A DNA stretch of 64,000 nt from assembly GCF_006345805.1 (NCBI RefSeq), contig NC_043012.1, positions 45,880,001 to 45,944,000 on the forward strand. The letters run 5' to 3'. The notes under the pieces are model-generated. The model was not told the DNA's origin and did not search any database. It saw only the letters and a program-made list of their open reading frames with translations. Below are positions 25,360 to 39,739 of the stretch, one piece after another (position 1 is the first letter of the stretch; each line of letters starts with the position of its first letter). Made by a program: the position numbers and the translations under genes. The DNA comes from Octopus sinensis. Taxonomy: Eukaryota.

Positions 25360-25580
25360 GTGCGAGCTCCGCTGTGGGTTAAGACATTTGTTTCCCAAAC
25401 ACATGGTTGCGAATGTAGTCCCGCTGCAAAGTACCTTGGGCAAGCGTTTTCTACTATAGCCTCGAGGCTATATTATATATTTATGTGTGTATGCGTGTGT
25501 GTGTGCGTGCATGTATGTCGTTGTGTGTTCCCCTGCACATCCTCGTAACTTAATTCTTCGGTAAAGGAGACCGATAACGG
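25360..25580 (+). mobile_element. SINE family A, degenerate
   Basis: gctgtgggttaag..cacatggttgc..gtaccttgggcaagcgttttctactatagcctcg..cgtaactta..ggagaccgata. Confidence 0.65.
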
Positions 25581-25989
25581 GCTTAAAACAATGTTCGTTC
25601 ACAAAACGAAATTCTTTGGCAGCAGTCAATAAAGACGTTTGCAAAGAGTTATAACATAAATATTAGTTGTGGAAAAAGCTCACGTATTGAACAATGTGTG
25701 GCTGATTCGCTCTTAAATGATTGTGTGTTTGCTATAGCTATCTTCTTTCACTTTCTCTTATACGTAATTGTATTTATAAGGATGGCTCGACGAGTTTTGT
25801 TAAATCGAGACTCAGATAGATTTACTTGATAACTGAGTGCAGTTCCTGCAGCAGAGGATCTAGTCTTTCATCAACCACCGTTTGGGATTTCAGCTCTTTC
25901 ATATTTTCATTTTCACCCCAAACCACACACACACACCAACACACCCACACACACACCAACACACCCACACACACAAACACAAACAAAAG

Positions 25990-26035
<46 letters not shown>

Positions 26036-26037
<2 letters not shown>

Positions 26038-26176
26038 CGCAGGAGTGGCTGTGTGGTAAGTAGCTTGCTAACCAGCCACATGGTTCCTGGTTCAGTCCCA
26101 CTGCGTGGCATCTTGGGCAAGTGTCTTCTGCTATAGCCCCGGGCCGACCAATGCCTTGTGAGAGGATTTGGTAGAG
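26036..26176 (+). mobile_element. SINE family A, tRNA-like 5' head
   Basis: ggcgcaggagtggctgtgtggtaag (A-box-like)..ggttcctggttcagtccc (B-box-like)..cttgggcaagtgtcttct. Confidence 0.9.
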
Positions 26177-26299
26177 TGTGAGTCACTCGGTTACTACTGC
26201 TAAATATTAAATATTAACAAATTTAGACACCTACTTATATTTTGTGTTCTATTTATCCTGTTTGCACCAATATAATTCAAATTATGAATATATACATAT

Positions 26300-27000
26300 T
26301 ATATGAGATATGTACATTTATATATGTGCACTAGTAATTCTTTCAAACAGCGTATTTCCAATCATCTGTCCTCCTTCAGAGTCCCGGAAATGAGATACGT
26401 GACATCGCTGGCCAGCCATATCTGGCAATTACGAGACAAAGATCGTATGGATAATACTCGAGAACTCTGGACCCTACATAAACGGGACGAAATGGTGCAA
26501 AGTATGCATTGCCGAACGCGCGATGATCCTTCAAGACTCGCTCGAGCCAGAGGAGATCCTGAACTCCAGTACGGAGATTTTCGGATCATGCCTACATTTT
26601 AGAAAATTCCTGCTGGTCTTTTGAAATCGCATGGCGGCAGCACAGCCGGAATACAATAGCCAAGGCCAGAGAGAGACAATCATTTACCTTCGTGGTGCTT
26701 TGGTGACCGCAAGATGGCAGCGTGGCCGAAGGTCGAGGGACAATGACAAAGGAAGATAATCACCTCGGGTTTTACCCTTAAAAACGAGGCGTTTCCCCCT
26801 CCATATTTTAACATTCTTTGGCCAGTAGTGTTTGGGGTCAGAAGATACGTTGTAAGGCTAATCTCCTTATGAGAGAAAAACCAGGATAACCTTATAAACC
26901 GACTTAACCCACTGCTCTACATCTTAGAGTGTGCTTCTCCTCCGGATTTATGTATTTCTGCAGACGATCCTTTTTCGCTGACTGACCAGGGTTTTCCACA
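26300..27000 (+). mobile_element. Penelope-like element: GIY-YIG 3' half and 3' UTR
   Basis: CTSNSFKQRISNHLSSFR..TSLASHIWQLRDK; shifted frame GTKWCKVCIAERAMIL..ILNSSTEIFGSCLHFRKFLL. Confidence 0.8.
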
Positions 27001-27079
27001 GTGACCACGTGGTTTCTGTTAAATAGCTGACCAGCGCAGCGCTTCTACATATTTTACGGAAACCACGAGTCTTCCATAA

Positions 27080-28689
27080 TTATAGAGAGAGATTTGATCT
27101 CGGATACTCCACCAACAACATCTCCATGCCATCCAACGAGCTGTATACCCGAATGCTGCTGGAAAAGAAAATGAATGTGATCAGAGATGGAAACATTTTC
27201 ACTACGACCAAGCCGCACCATCCTCAGAGAGTAAAAACAACGACATTATGTCGAGAAAACTCTCACCCAAATTTAAAGATTTCGAACACTTCGAGGCGGA
27301 TCTCCTGATGTTTCGTAAGTTCTCTTCATCCTTTCAACGTAAGTTCCGTCCGATATTAGATTCTCAAAGGACTTAGATAGGCCCTAATCTTCTCCAATAA
27401 AACAAAAAATAATTATACAGGCTAGACACCCCTAAGTATGATAGACTGCTAGATAATAATATCACACAAAAATATAATCTCGCCTCCCCGCACGTATAAT
27501 GATATAAACGGTGAAGCTAAAGATTTAACTAACGAACTAGAGATAGGTGGTAGAGTAAAGATCCTGGCTAAAAGAATCGCGTTCATCACAATAAAAGATC
27601 ATAAACCGAACTTTGCCCATAACCCTAAATGCCGATTGATCAATCCAGCCAAATCCGAGATCGGTCTGACGAGGGAACACATTTTGAGAGAAATCAAGAA
27701 CAGCATACTGAGGGCCACCAAGCTGTCTCTATGATGCAGTGCTAACGAAGTGGCGGCTTGGTTCGACGCCAACAAAGGTAGAGACAGGGCAAGGTTCACC
27801 CAATTTGATATAGTCGATTTTTACCTCTCTATAACAAAAGGGCTACTGATCGAGGCGCTTTCTTTCGCTAGGAGCTTCACTAGCATTAGCGAAAGAAAGG
27901 TAGAGATAATCATGCACGCCAGGAAGACAGTGTTTTTCAATTAAAGCTCGGTATGGGTGAAACAACCCGACCCCACGGGCTACTTCGACATAGTGATGGG
28001 AGCCTACGACGGCGCTGATATTTGCACCTTATCGGGTTATATATCCTAGATACCCTTACAAAAAGCTGTTTCTATGGGCTTGAACAGCACCATGGAGACC
28101 AACCTCTACCATCGGACTTCTTAGACATCATGATGGGCCTGGTTACGGTATTTATAGGCCCTACCACAGACCGAACGAGAGGCTGTCGTACGTAAACACA
28201 GCCTCCTGTCACCCACCCATAGCATTTAAGAACCTGGTAAAAGGCGGCAGCAAGGGGATTTCGAGCCTTTCTTCTAGCCAAGAAGCCTTCGTCACAGCAG
28301 TCCCGTGCTATAATGAGGCCCTAGCTGACAGCTGGGTTAGGGACCGCATCTCCTACATGCATGAACTGAACGGTTGCAGAAGCAAGCGCCACTGAAATAC
28401 GATTTTGTTTGACCCTCACTCCCTTAACACAATAGCACACGTAGATAGACTTTTCCTTAAATAGATAGATAAGCATTTCACTAGCTCCCTTAGGAACTGT
28501 CCCATATACAACAGGCACAACATAAAGGTCTTCTTTAGCTACTCACACAACATTAAGAGTTTGCTGGTTAGCGTCCCTAGGACACAGGAAGAGACGGGTT
28601 GTTCATGCAGGATCCGAAGCAGTTGCCCAGTAGGAGGCCGCTACGAAAGACAAGGTACCGTATATGAAGCGGTGGTTCTAATACGACAT

Positions 28690-28690
<1 letters not shown>
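27080..28690 (+). mobile_element. Penelope-like element: N-terminus, RT and start of GIY-YIG, disrupted
   Basis: FITIKDHKPNF..KCRLINPAKSEIG; QFDIVDFYLSI; FDIVMGAYDGADIC; FLDI..YRPYHRPN..CHPP; CSCR..CPVGG..TVYEA. Confidence 0.9.
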
Positions 28691-30315
<1,625 letters not shown>

Positions 30316-30769
30316 CCCTAAAGGCAATATGAGACACAGCTTACAACGTTCCCGCTAGATTTAGTCGAGGTAGAACACAAATTAACTTCATACCGTTTCA
30401 TGGCAATATTTCCGCTTTTAATGCTAAGGGAAGTAACTCTGAGTGAGTTCATTTGATAGTCATGGTTTCATAGCTATCTTTAAGTAGAAATGTGTAAGAT
30501 GAGTAAGCAGATATGAATTAAAGCTAGTCAAAATTTCCAGGCGGTGAATTCACAAGTCTCCGATATCCCAGTGCCTAAAATGTGTCAACAGCAGGGTACC
30601 CATGAGGAATGATCTGGATGTAGTCCGGCCTCCTTAGATTGTAAGAAGTTAGAAGTCGAAACACCTGCTTGGGGAGGGTTTCTGTCTTGAGAAAATCTTA
30701 TTAATATATGTGTGTGTGTTTGTTTGTATGTGTATGTGTGTGTAGCTGTGAGTGTGTATATATGCGTAT

Positions 30770-30844
<75 letters not shown>

Positions 30845-30894
30845 TGTACATGTTTGCTACATATTTTTCACGTGCATTTTATCCAAATATATAT

Positions 30895-31310
30895 TTCTTT
30901 TTGCCCACAAGGGGTTAAACATATAGGGGACAAATAAGGACCGACAAAGGGATTAAGTCGATTACATCGACCCCCGTGCGTAGCTGGTACTTTATTTATA
31001 GACTCCGGAAAGATAAAAGGCAAAGTCGATCTCGGCGGAATTTGAACTCAGAATGTAACGGCAGATGAAATACCTATTTCTTTACTACCCACAAAGGGCT
31101 AAACACAGAGAGGACAAACAAGGACAGACAAAGGGATTAAATCGATTATATCGACCCCAGTGCGTAACTGGTACTAAAGTTATCGACCCCGAAAGGATGA
31201 AAGGCAAAGTCGACCTCAGCGGAATTTGAATTCAGAACATAACGGCAGACGAAATACTGCTAAGTATTTCTCCCGGCGCGCTAACGTTTCTGCCAGCTCG
31301 CCGCCTTGTC
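30895..31310 (-). mobile_element. SINE family B, tandem dimer (184-bp unit)
   Basis: Unit start cccacaa recurs at 30904 and 31088; the head ends ..gctaacgtttctgccagctcgccgcctt. Confidence 0.9.
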
Positions 31311-31399
31311 TAACTATATAGCTCTGTCTGTAACGCTCTATCCTCTCATTTATACGCAAACACACTCACAAGTACATGCACACATGCAGAGACATACTT

Positions 31400-32600
31400 C
31401 GTATAGCTTATTGAACTCCCAGTTAATAAATTTGGACCTGAAGCCTTGCTGACTGATATATTGCAATTATTAATACTGACTTCTGAAGAATTACTGAGTT
31501 GAAATCTATATAACTTAACTGTTACATTTAATAGCAATGTATGTTAGAAGGCAACTGCTCTTATTTCTGTGTTGATGCAATAAATGTTGTCAGACAACCA
31601 CATTTAAACCTAATTATTATATTTTTTAATTATATGTCTCATTATTGGTACCATTTCAGCAATATTCATAATTTCAAGTTATCATTGCTATTATTTCATC
31701 ATGTCAACTTAAGTTTATTTTCGACAGATTAATATTTTGTAGAATAGAATTGACAGATTATTTCTTTTTTATATACTCGCTTCGACATCAACATTAGAAT
31801 TTTCCACACGAATAGGCGAAAAAAATTCCCTACAACTTGTCAAAATAATTGAAAAAGCTTTAGTTTCTCATTCTGAAATATCTTCAATATTCGTCAAAAG
31901 CAAAAACAACAAAAATATCCCGATAGACAAAAGGAAAATAGTTTTTTTCTATATTTCAACAAACTATTATTTGATTACAACTGTATATAATACATCTATT
32001 ACTAGTACTCGTACTTGTCAACAATTTGTATCAGGCATAATTAATGCAGAATACGAAGTGCAGAACATTGTCAAGAAAATAAACAAATATCATGTCTCCA
32101 TTCGGGGATTTGGCAAGAAACTGGCTATCCAAGGAACTCAAGGATGATACAAAGTGTATTTTTTCTTAATAGCGTTATCATTGATAGTTTAATATATCAT
32201 TTCAAAAAACACCTATATGTGTTCATCGAGTCTTGATAATTTTCCCCAAATGAGCGATGGAAACCTGTAATCATAAGTTAATTGGGTAAGTGAAACGAGA
32301 TCGTTGGCAGAAGATTCCTAGCTTGAGGGTTAACCTTCAAACATCCCCGGCCAAATGAATTGTGAGGGAATTCTTACATTTGCGACTTTCGAGATAGAAT
32401 ACGATACGCTTGTCCTCGTGGCAACAACCCATCTCCGAATGAGCTTGCAAATCGTGCCATTCATCCTAAAGAAGCAAAACTGTCAAGTAACAGTACAACG
32501 ATACCAACGCAACAGATTATTAATATTTTTGCAATTTCGCCGGATTATATTAAAAATAGTAAAATTGAATAAATATAAATGTAAAGTTGCATAACGGATA
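31400..32600 (+). pseudogene. TLR-like pseudogene (LRR remnants and TIR)
   Basis: SQLINLDL, MLSDNHI, INIL*NRIDRL; KYHVSI..DLARNWLSKEL (box-1-like, about 32085-32140); ICVHR; ORF 32355-32594 CEGILTFATFEIEYDTLVLV..IVPFILKKQN..LLIFLQFRRII (TIR C-half-like). LREVTLSEFI at about 30420 may be an upstream piece. Confidence 0.5.
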
Positions 32601-32745
32601 TTATGCGTAATATGAGTAACATGTTCAATAATTCATGAACGAAAACATAGCCCACGTCAGGGTGAAACTGAAATTAATGTCGGAGAATTTCTAATTTAGC
32701 GGATATACGCATGACACTAAATCGAAAATGTGTCGATCATTAAAA

Positions 32746-32799
<54 letters not shown>

Positions 32800-33005
32800 A
32801 CTTTTACTCTTTTACTTGTTTGACTGCGGCCATGCTTGAGCACTGCCTATAGTCTAGCAAATCGACCTCAGGACTTATTCTTTGGGAGCCTAGTACTTAC
32901 TCTATCGGACCCTTTCACCGAACCGCTAAGATACGGGGACGTAAACACACCACCATCGGTTGTCAAGCGATGTTGGGAGGACGAACATAGACACACAAAC
33001 ATATA
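32800..33005 (-). mobile_element. SINE family A, 3' half, next to (CTA)n at 32748-32798
   Basis: tttactcttttacttgtttgactgcggccatgc..ggacttattcttt..gaaccgctaag..gacgtaaacacacc..ggttgtcaagcgatgttggg. Confidence 0.9.
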
Positions 33006-33009
33006 CACA

Positions 33010-35350
33010 CATATTCACACAGCGTTGTGAAACCGTCGAGTCCTTGGCGACTAAACCGACAACACAACTAAGCTTGCTTTGTGAGGAGGGTGGATTTTCG
33101 GTATAAAAACAGGATCCGGCAAGGGGCAGAGGAAGTAAGACGAGTCAATGGTTATTCCGAAAACAGGTAGACGGAACTCGTGTGCCTTGGTTGGCAGTCT
33201 GCCTAGTAGAAGGAACACTGATTTAGAACTGCGGTAGACAGGAAACATTAGTCACAATGGTGACAACCAGTCAATGTCCAACGGCTCCATGCCTGGAATG
33301 AAGATGATTGAACCGCGAATCAAGAATATCAGTAATATTTGGATGAAACTACAGGGCCAACTGAATTTCCTCTGTCTCCTAGTGACAATCATGATTATGG
33401 ACGCCAGCACACAGAAATGCGAAGGGAACAGGCCGAACTTTTGGGTAGTAAGAGCTCTGCAATATTGGTAGACAATCTTACTAGAGATGGTGTCTTGATA
33501 AAAATACAAACCTTATTGTTGAGTGAAGATGTCTAATACAAATGTATCAAATGACGGTGTTAATGAGGCTGGAACCAAAGGCGAAAGCCTTTCTCCCGGC
33601 AGGCGCCCTGTGGTTCAGCAGCGCAGGCCCAGTCGTCATCTAGAGACTACTTGAACACAAAGCTAGAGGCAGAGAAAAAGGTGGAATAAGGAGGCAAACC
33701 GAACGGCAATTGAATGTTGGATCAGGATTGAACCCAATACAAAGGAAATCCGACAATGAATGAAACCAAATGGAATGAAAAAAGTGAGCAACGGTTAGCC
33801 GACCAGGCAAGAGCGATAAGAACAAAAGAGCGATTAACAGACATAGAAATTGAAGAGATAAAAAGGCAAGTAGAAAATAGAAATAATACTTCACCAACAG
33901 ATACGTTGCCCAGTGAAAATAGAGAAATGAATGGCGGCAGTGAAGACGTAGAGCAAAGTGTAAATGTAAACACATTCTCAGCAAATGAAGCAGGAGTAAT
34001 AGGAAGAGCTATAGTACAAGAATACAATGATGACCAACAAGATATAGTGAAGATGCTGAGTCGATATATTAGAGAAGATCAGGATCAAGCACCCCCCAAT
34101 CTGAGGTACTTTGATCGATGCAAGCTCAATATTGAAATCGAAAAAATAGATTCGGTCCTTGGGCTAGTCCAAACGAGAAATATAACTGAATTTAACATGG
34201 GTATTTAGGATGCAGCTATGGTTGCTGCAGATATAGTTGGATACAAAAGAAGAGATGAAACAGAACGTAAAGAACCATTCAGGCGTAGACGAATTTGTGA
34301 GAAACAAAGTTAAAAAGACATTTTGGACAAGTTAATAGATTGAGTACAGAGTAGTTGCAGAACGAAAGCATAAGGAAAATGCTGGAAAGAACATGTAGAA
34401 TAAGCTAATGTGATATTGGAAGAACTGTAACAAAGAGTTGGAGCAATCAAAGCAACACTGGAAAGGGAGGACAATGGAGCAAAAGAATTCAGGCAAAATA
34501 GATTGTTTGAAGTAAATCAGAAGAAACTCTTTCAAAAACTAGATGGGCAATTACACGTAACAATGATACCAGATGCAGAGGAAAGCAGGTTATTCTGGGG
34601 AGGGATCTGGGACGAAGCTGTAGAGCAGATTGAAGAAGCCGCATGAAATCCAAGATTGCCTAAGGAATATAGACGGCCAAAAACACAGACTACAGAAATG
34701 ATAAAAATGTAGTTAAAATTTCCCAAATTTGAAGAGCTCAGGGCCGGATGCGGTCCAAGGTTATTGGATGAAGAAGCTGAGAGGGCTTCATGAAAAGACA
34801 GCGCAACCAACAGCTAAATGGGTACTTGCAGAAAGACGCAGTACCCAGCTGGATGACGAAGGGAAAGACATCGTTGTGTGCCAAGGATCTTGAAAAGGGA
34901 AATGTTGCATCCAGCTTTAGACCTTCAACTAATGTTGAAACCTATGTCATGTACATAGGCCAATTAATCTGTATAGATACCTGGAAAACAGTGGGCTGGT
35001 ACCAAGTGAACAGGAAGGGTGCCGAAAGAGTAGCCGCCGAACGAAGTATCAGCTCTTAATTGATAATGTAATTATGAGGAACTGCAAGATGAGACACACA
35101 AACCTGATCATGGCATGGATTAACTATAGTAAAGCTTAGTATATGATACCACACTCCTGGATAATAAAAAGAATGGAAATGTATGGAATAGTATAAAATA
35201 TGAGAAACCTTATACGGAATAACATGAAATGCTGGAGAGTATGGAATAAAATACGATGCAGGGAATAAAATACGATGGGAGGTGAAAATCAAGACAGGAA
35301 TCTTCCATCGAGGCAGTGTACCCCCACTGAGCTTCGTACTGGGACTGATC
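33010..35350 (+). mobile_element. R4/Dong-type LINE copy 1 (5' UTR, N-terminus, RT up to motif B)
   Basis: RWNKEANRTAIECW; SEQRLADQARAIR; GPDAVQGYWMKK; PSWMTKGKT; EQEGCRK..QLLID; [12 protein letters not shown]; GIFHRGSVPPLSF. Confidence 0.9.
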
Positions 35351-37660
35351 CCAGAAAACAAAGTATGAATGACGGTGACACTTTCCCAAAAATTTGCAAC
35401 TCTAAACAAAACCTGAAAGTAATTGGTAAAATCCGTCTTGTACTTAGAAATATAATTTCAGCTAACGATGTTGATATTATAGGTCTCAATCAGCTGTACT
35501 ATGCATCCGCTGAGATCTCAACGATTCTATGTAGTTAAAAGATTAGAAAACGACAACAATTCCACAAAAAGCCTATTTGGCAAGAGCGTCTTCAACAATA
35601 AATATAGTTACTTAGGTCTTAAATTTGACAAGAATATGAAATCATCAAAAATCTGAAAATTAAAGAAAAAGCATATGAAAACGATACTTGACATCAATAC
35701 TATCATAGAAATTATCAAGCCAGAAATATGTACTAAAGCTACCCGCATAGCACAGTATCAAAAGTGCGATACATTCTTCAAGGACAACATGTTAAATAAG
35801 AACCCCCAAAAAAATTATCCAGGAAAATTGGGAAATTACCAGATACAGTAATGCCTGTCCCATCAAAAGGAGGGTATGAATTTTAGAAGCAATTTAGCAG
35901 AAGCAAAAACGCACAATAAAACGATTGATAAACTATCTTAGAATGATAGAATATATACTGGTTTAGACTCAAAAGTAGATCAAACGTGGGAGGGTATCAA
36001 AGTAGACTATACAAGATCCGCTCTCAGGAAATCAAGCAAATGGACGTCTCCAGGAAAGGATAAAATTCCTAACTTCTGGTTGAATGCCTTCCCAGGAGTC
36101 ATGAACTGCTAACAAAACTTAACAACAATGTTTTCCAGCAACTTAGTACGATTTCCTCTTGGTTAGTTACTGGCGTTACATTTCTACTTCCGAAAAATGA
36201 AGAAACACACGAACCAAAATATTATAGACCCATAATCTGCTTAACAACAATGTATAAATTTTAACATCTGTCATAACTGAATACATTTATAGGGCTGATG
36301 GAAATTATTAAACAGTTCAGTGATTTCATCAAGATGGAATTTGACCTCGATATATGTGCAAAAGTTGCTTTTATCCGAGGGAAAATAATAGAAACATCCA
36401 ACGTTAATCTCGACCAACAGAATGCCATACAGGAGTTAGAACCAGTGGAGAGCTACAAATACCTAGGGATATTTGAAGGTGATCGAATCAAAAGTCAATG
36501 ATGAGCGAAAAGATGAGAAAAGATTGTTATCGCAGGGTAAGGGAATTACTCAGGACAGAGCTGAACGCAAGAAACAGGATCGAAGATATCAATACTTTTG
36601 ACATACCGGTTTCAATGTTATTAACTGGTCACTTACTGAAATCTGTAATCTTGACAGAAAAATACGGAAGTTGTTGACAATACATAGAATGCACCAATCT
36701 GGCTTAAAACCAGAGGCAGAAGGTTTTATTATATTAGCCCAAGATCAATGCCTCCCTACAAGAAGCTACTAGGACAATATATTAAAGAACGGCAGTAGCC
36801 CAGTATGACCTGTATATAAACAACAAAATGAAACCATCGATCCTGTTGTCTCCATGTGCAGTCTTCTTGCGCCTACCGAGTATCTCAACAGGCATGACAG
36901 AGCAGTACAGTATATTCACTGGGTAATGTGCAAAGACTTGGACCTGCCATGATAAAAGCTATTGGGAACACAAACCACCGCCAGTGTTTGAAGATGACAA
37001 CAGCTCACTCGTTTGAAACTTCACCGTTCAAACGGACAGAAAGATAGATGCAAACAGGTCAGACATTATATTGAATGCTTGCAGATAAAAATCATGCCTC
37101 CTCATAGATATTGCTGTCACAATCGATATAAATGTATCTGTCAAGACCTACCAAAAACTGAACAAGTATAAATGTCTTGAAATAGAAATCTGAAAAATGT
37201 GGAATCTGAAGACTAAAACAATATATGTTGTCATAGAAATGATAGCAAAAAGGTTTGTTTGCTACTTGGCTTAAATACCAGGAAATCCAAATATAAAAAA
37301 AATTTACATAGTTCTCATGGAAACTGTCCCATATCCTACATAAAATATTGTCTATGTAACCCCGAAAATATTGTAATCCGTAAACAGCGTCAACACACTT
37401 TTAAATGTACATAACAGCAATCACCTTTTACTGTCACTTTAACTCCAGACTATCATCTTATAATCAAATTATGTTTAAACCAGACTTCTGATCTACTTAT
37501 GTTTGACAGACATTCTCTAGAACAATACTCTGTGCAAAACCAAATATATGGCGCCCTAGTCATAGCACCAACTTGAAATTCTAACTTGTTGTCTCTTGAA
37601 GTCTCTGGGTGAGACTTGGAGTCAACTTGTACAAATAAAAAACAAAGGCCAAACATATAA
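35350..37660 (+). mobile_element. R4/Dong-type LINE copy 2 (internally deleted, with RLE and 3' UTR)
   Basis: KWTSPGKDKIPNFWL; TFLLPKN..YRPIICL; MEFDLDICAK..YKYLG; LDRKIRKLLT; GLKPEAEGFIILAQDQ; EYLNRHDR..HW; QTDRKIDANRSDI..LIDIA..KY. Confidence 0.9.
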
Positions 37661-37679
37661 CAGCAACAACAACGAGCAA

Positions 37680-38190
37680 CAATAATGGAAGAAATTACTA
37701 CGTAGATACAAAATTACAGTACAAAATACACTAAGCAAGATATCCTCTCGAAAGCACAAATAAACCTTTGGTATAAGAAACGCCAACGTTTCTTTGAACA
37801 AAACAAACTGTTCAACTCCAAACCCCCAAAATCCTACCAAGAATTTGATGCAAATAAAACAGAGATTAATGCAGCACTACCGGCAGAAGTGGAAGAATTT
37901 TGGAAAGAACAATGGTCGGCGAAGGAACAACTCCAGAAAAGATCTATCAAAATAATAAACTCAGCGTCTTAACAACTTTGGACTTCTACAACAACAGAAG
38001 AGATCACCCAGGCACTCCAAAATCTAAGCAACTGGAAGGCACTCGGACACGACAAGATCCCCAATTTCTGGTTAAAATATTTTACAGAAATACATAGAAT
38101 CCTGGCTGAGAAATTCAACGAGAAACTAATAGAGCCAGTGACAACGTCTGAATGTCCCAGAGAAAGGAAACACTATCTTAATTCCTATCC
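37680..38190 (+). mobile_element. R4/Dong-type LINE copy 3, pre-RT fragment
   Basis: QRFFEQNKLF; EVEEFWKEQWS; LSNWKALGHDKIPNFWLK. Confidence 0.75.
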
Positions 38191-38199
38191 ACGACACAA

Positions 38200-39630
38200 A
38201 GAGCTGTGGTTGGTAGTGCAGTGAAAGCACATGATAAAAATAAGACTGGTCATCGCGTCTCGTATATCTTCGATTGCTATCACCTTTTCACAGAACTCCG
38301 TATGTCTGGCCGAGAGGCAGGAAAAAATATCCCCTTAGGGGCTTTCCCTCTGCGCGCTCCGTACAGTTCAACAAAATGCCGCTGAAGTTCCGCACACATT
38401 TGCTTGAACTCGAGTAACAAGAGCCCGTCCCGGCTGGTCAAAGACCGAATTGAGGCCTTGTATCCGCGTTGCATCTCAGCCACATGGATCCATCGAACGG
38501 ATTCCATCCTCTCATCTCTTAGTGCATGCACCTTAGCTCTGACAACGCAACCGTTGTAGTTGGCAGTGAAGAATTAGTCAAGAACCAATCTCGCCGCCAA
38601 CACATCGACTGCTATGCCTCTACTAAGTCCCTCATCTAGTTTCCTAGGTTTCCTCTATTCTAGATTCCACTAACTCTAATTTTTTTCTAAACCCTACTGT
38701 CAATATTCTAATAGCACATTTCAGGGCTATCCACCATCAGTTGTTGTCAAATGTACTTAACAATTTCCGATGGACTAACTTACTAACCCGGTCTGTAAAA
38801 GCTTGATGGATCCGGAAAGACGCGTTGAGTTTCCAGAAACCTATGCCCACCTAGAAGTGTTTGGCAACCGGAGTTTCAGTCTTAAAGAGTACTGAAATGC
38901 CCACAAACTTCTTTGCTCTCGAGATATACTGAATGTCAGCAATTATCTATTTCAGTGCACATTTCAGTGTACAGTTTAGTGCTAGTCTGCCTGACCAGCC
39001 CTCACCGATTGCTTTGTGTTTGTAGAAAGACATTTATAAATAATGGTTTTTCTGTCTTTTTGCCAATATCTCGGTGGAGTTGGCAACGTCCGCCTTCGCC
39101 TCTTCCAGCCTTATCAGTCTGGCCGCTTGAGCCAGGCATATATCTTTCAGTAGTATATCCATCCTAAATAGATCTGTACCTTTCGCAGAAATTGCAGTGA
39201 ATGTATGGTCCTTATCATTATTGTCATTATTCACGATGGAGAAATATTGTTGCCGTTTTAAGTTGTCGAGGCCACTGTTGTCTTTGTCTTTTTTCCTCCA
39301 TCATACTTTTTGCTGTTGTAGTGATGGTGGTGCTGGAGTAGATGGTGTCTGTGCTTGTAGACATATTTTTGTGGCTGCTGATTGATGTCTTTTGGTATTG
39401 CGTCATTTACTACGGGGGAAATCAGCCTCATAATTGCAAGTAAAACCCTGTATCGTTTTATCTCTGTTGCTGCTGCTGCTGCTGTTTGTTGTCATATTCG
39501 TATTGTGGTCCACTATATTTTGAACTTAGTGGGTGCTTGTGTCCCCTTACATTTACGGGTAGAAGGGTCTTATCCTCAAGTGACCATCTTCGCTCTTTTC
39601 TTTCCAGCAAAGCTCCTAACTTGTTAACGC
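38200..39630 (-). mobile_element. L1/Tx1-type LINE remnant (end of ORF1, start of ORF2, internally deleted)
   Basis: AARLIRL..ADVA (endonuclease start), GFWKLNAS, WWIALK, VVRAKVHALRDE..ASIRSL..MCAELQRHF; a low-complexity ORF1-like region lies at 39200-39630. Confidence 0.75.
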
Positions 39631-39739
39631 CACTGCCCCTATAGCTCCGATTCACCTCACACCACACAGAGAATATTCAACTCATATACAGTACTCTCAA
39701 AATTAAGCTATCACCTTAACGAATTGCTTAATTTGCATA

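Noticed and set aside
26036-26110. tRNA gene
   Set aside because: The A/B boxes belong to a SINE head that continues into SINE body; no full cloverleaf.
33010-33250. HDV-like ribozyme in the Dong 5' UTR
   Set aside because: Plausible from R2/R4/RTE biology, but I could not assemble the nested double pseudoknot by eye.
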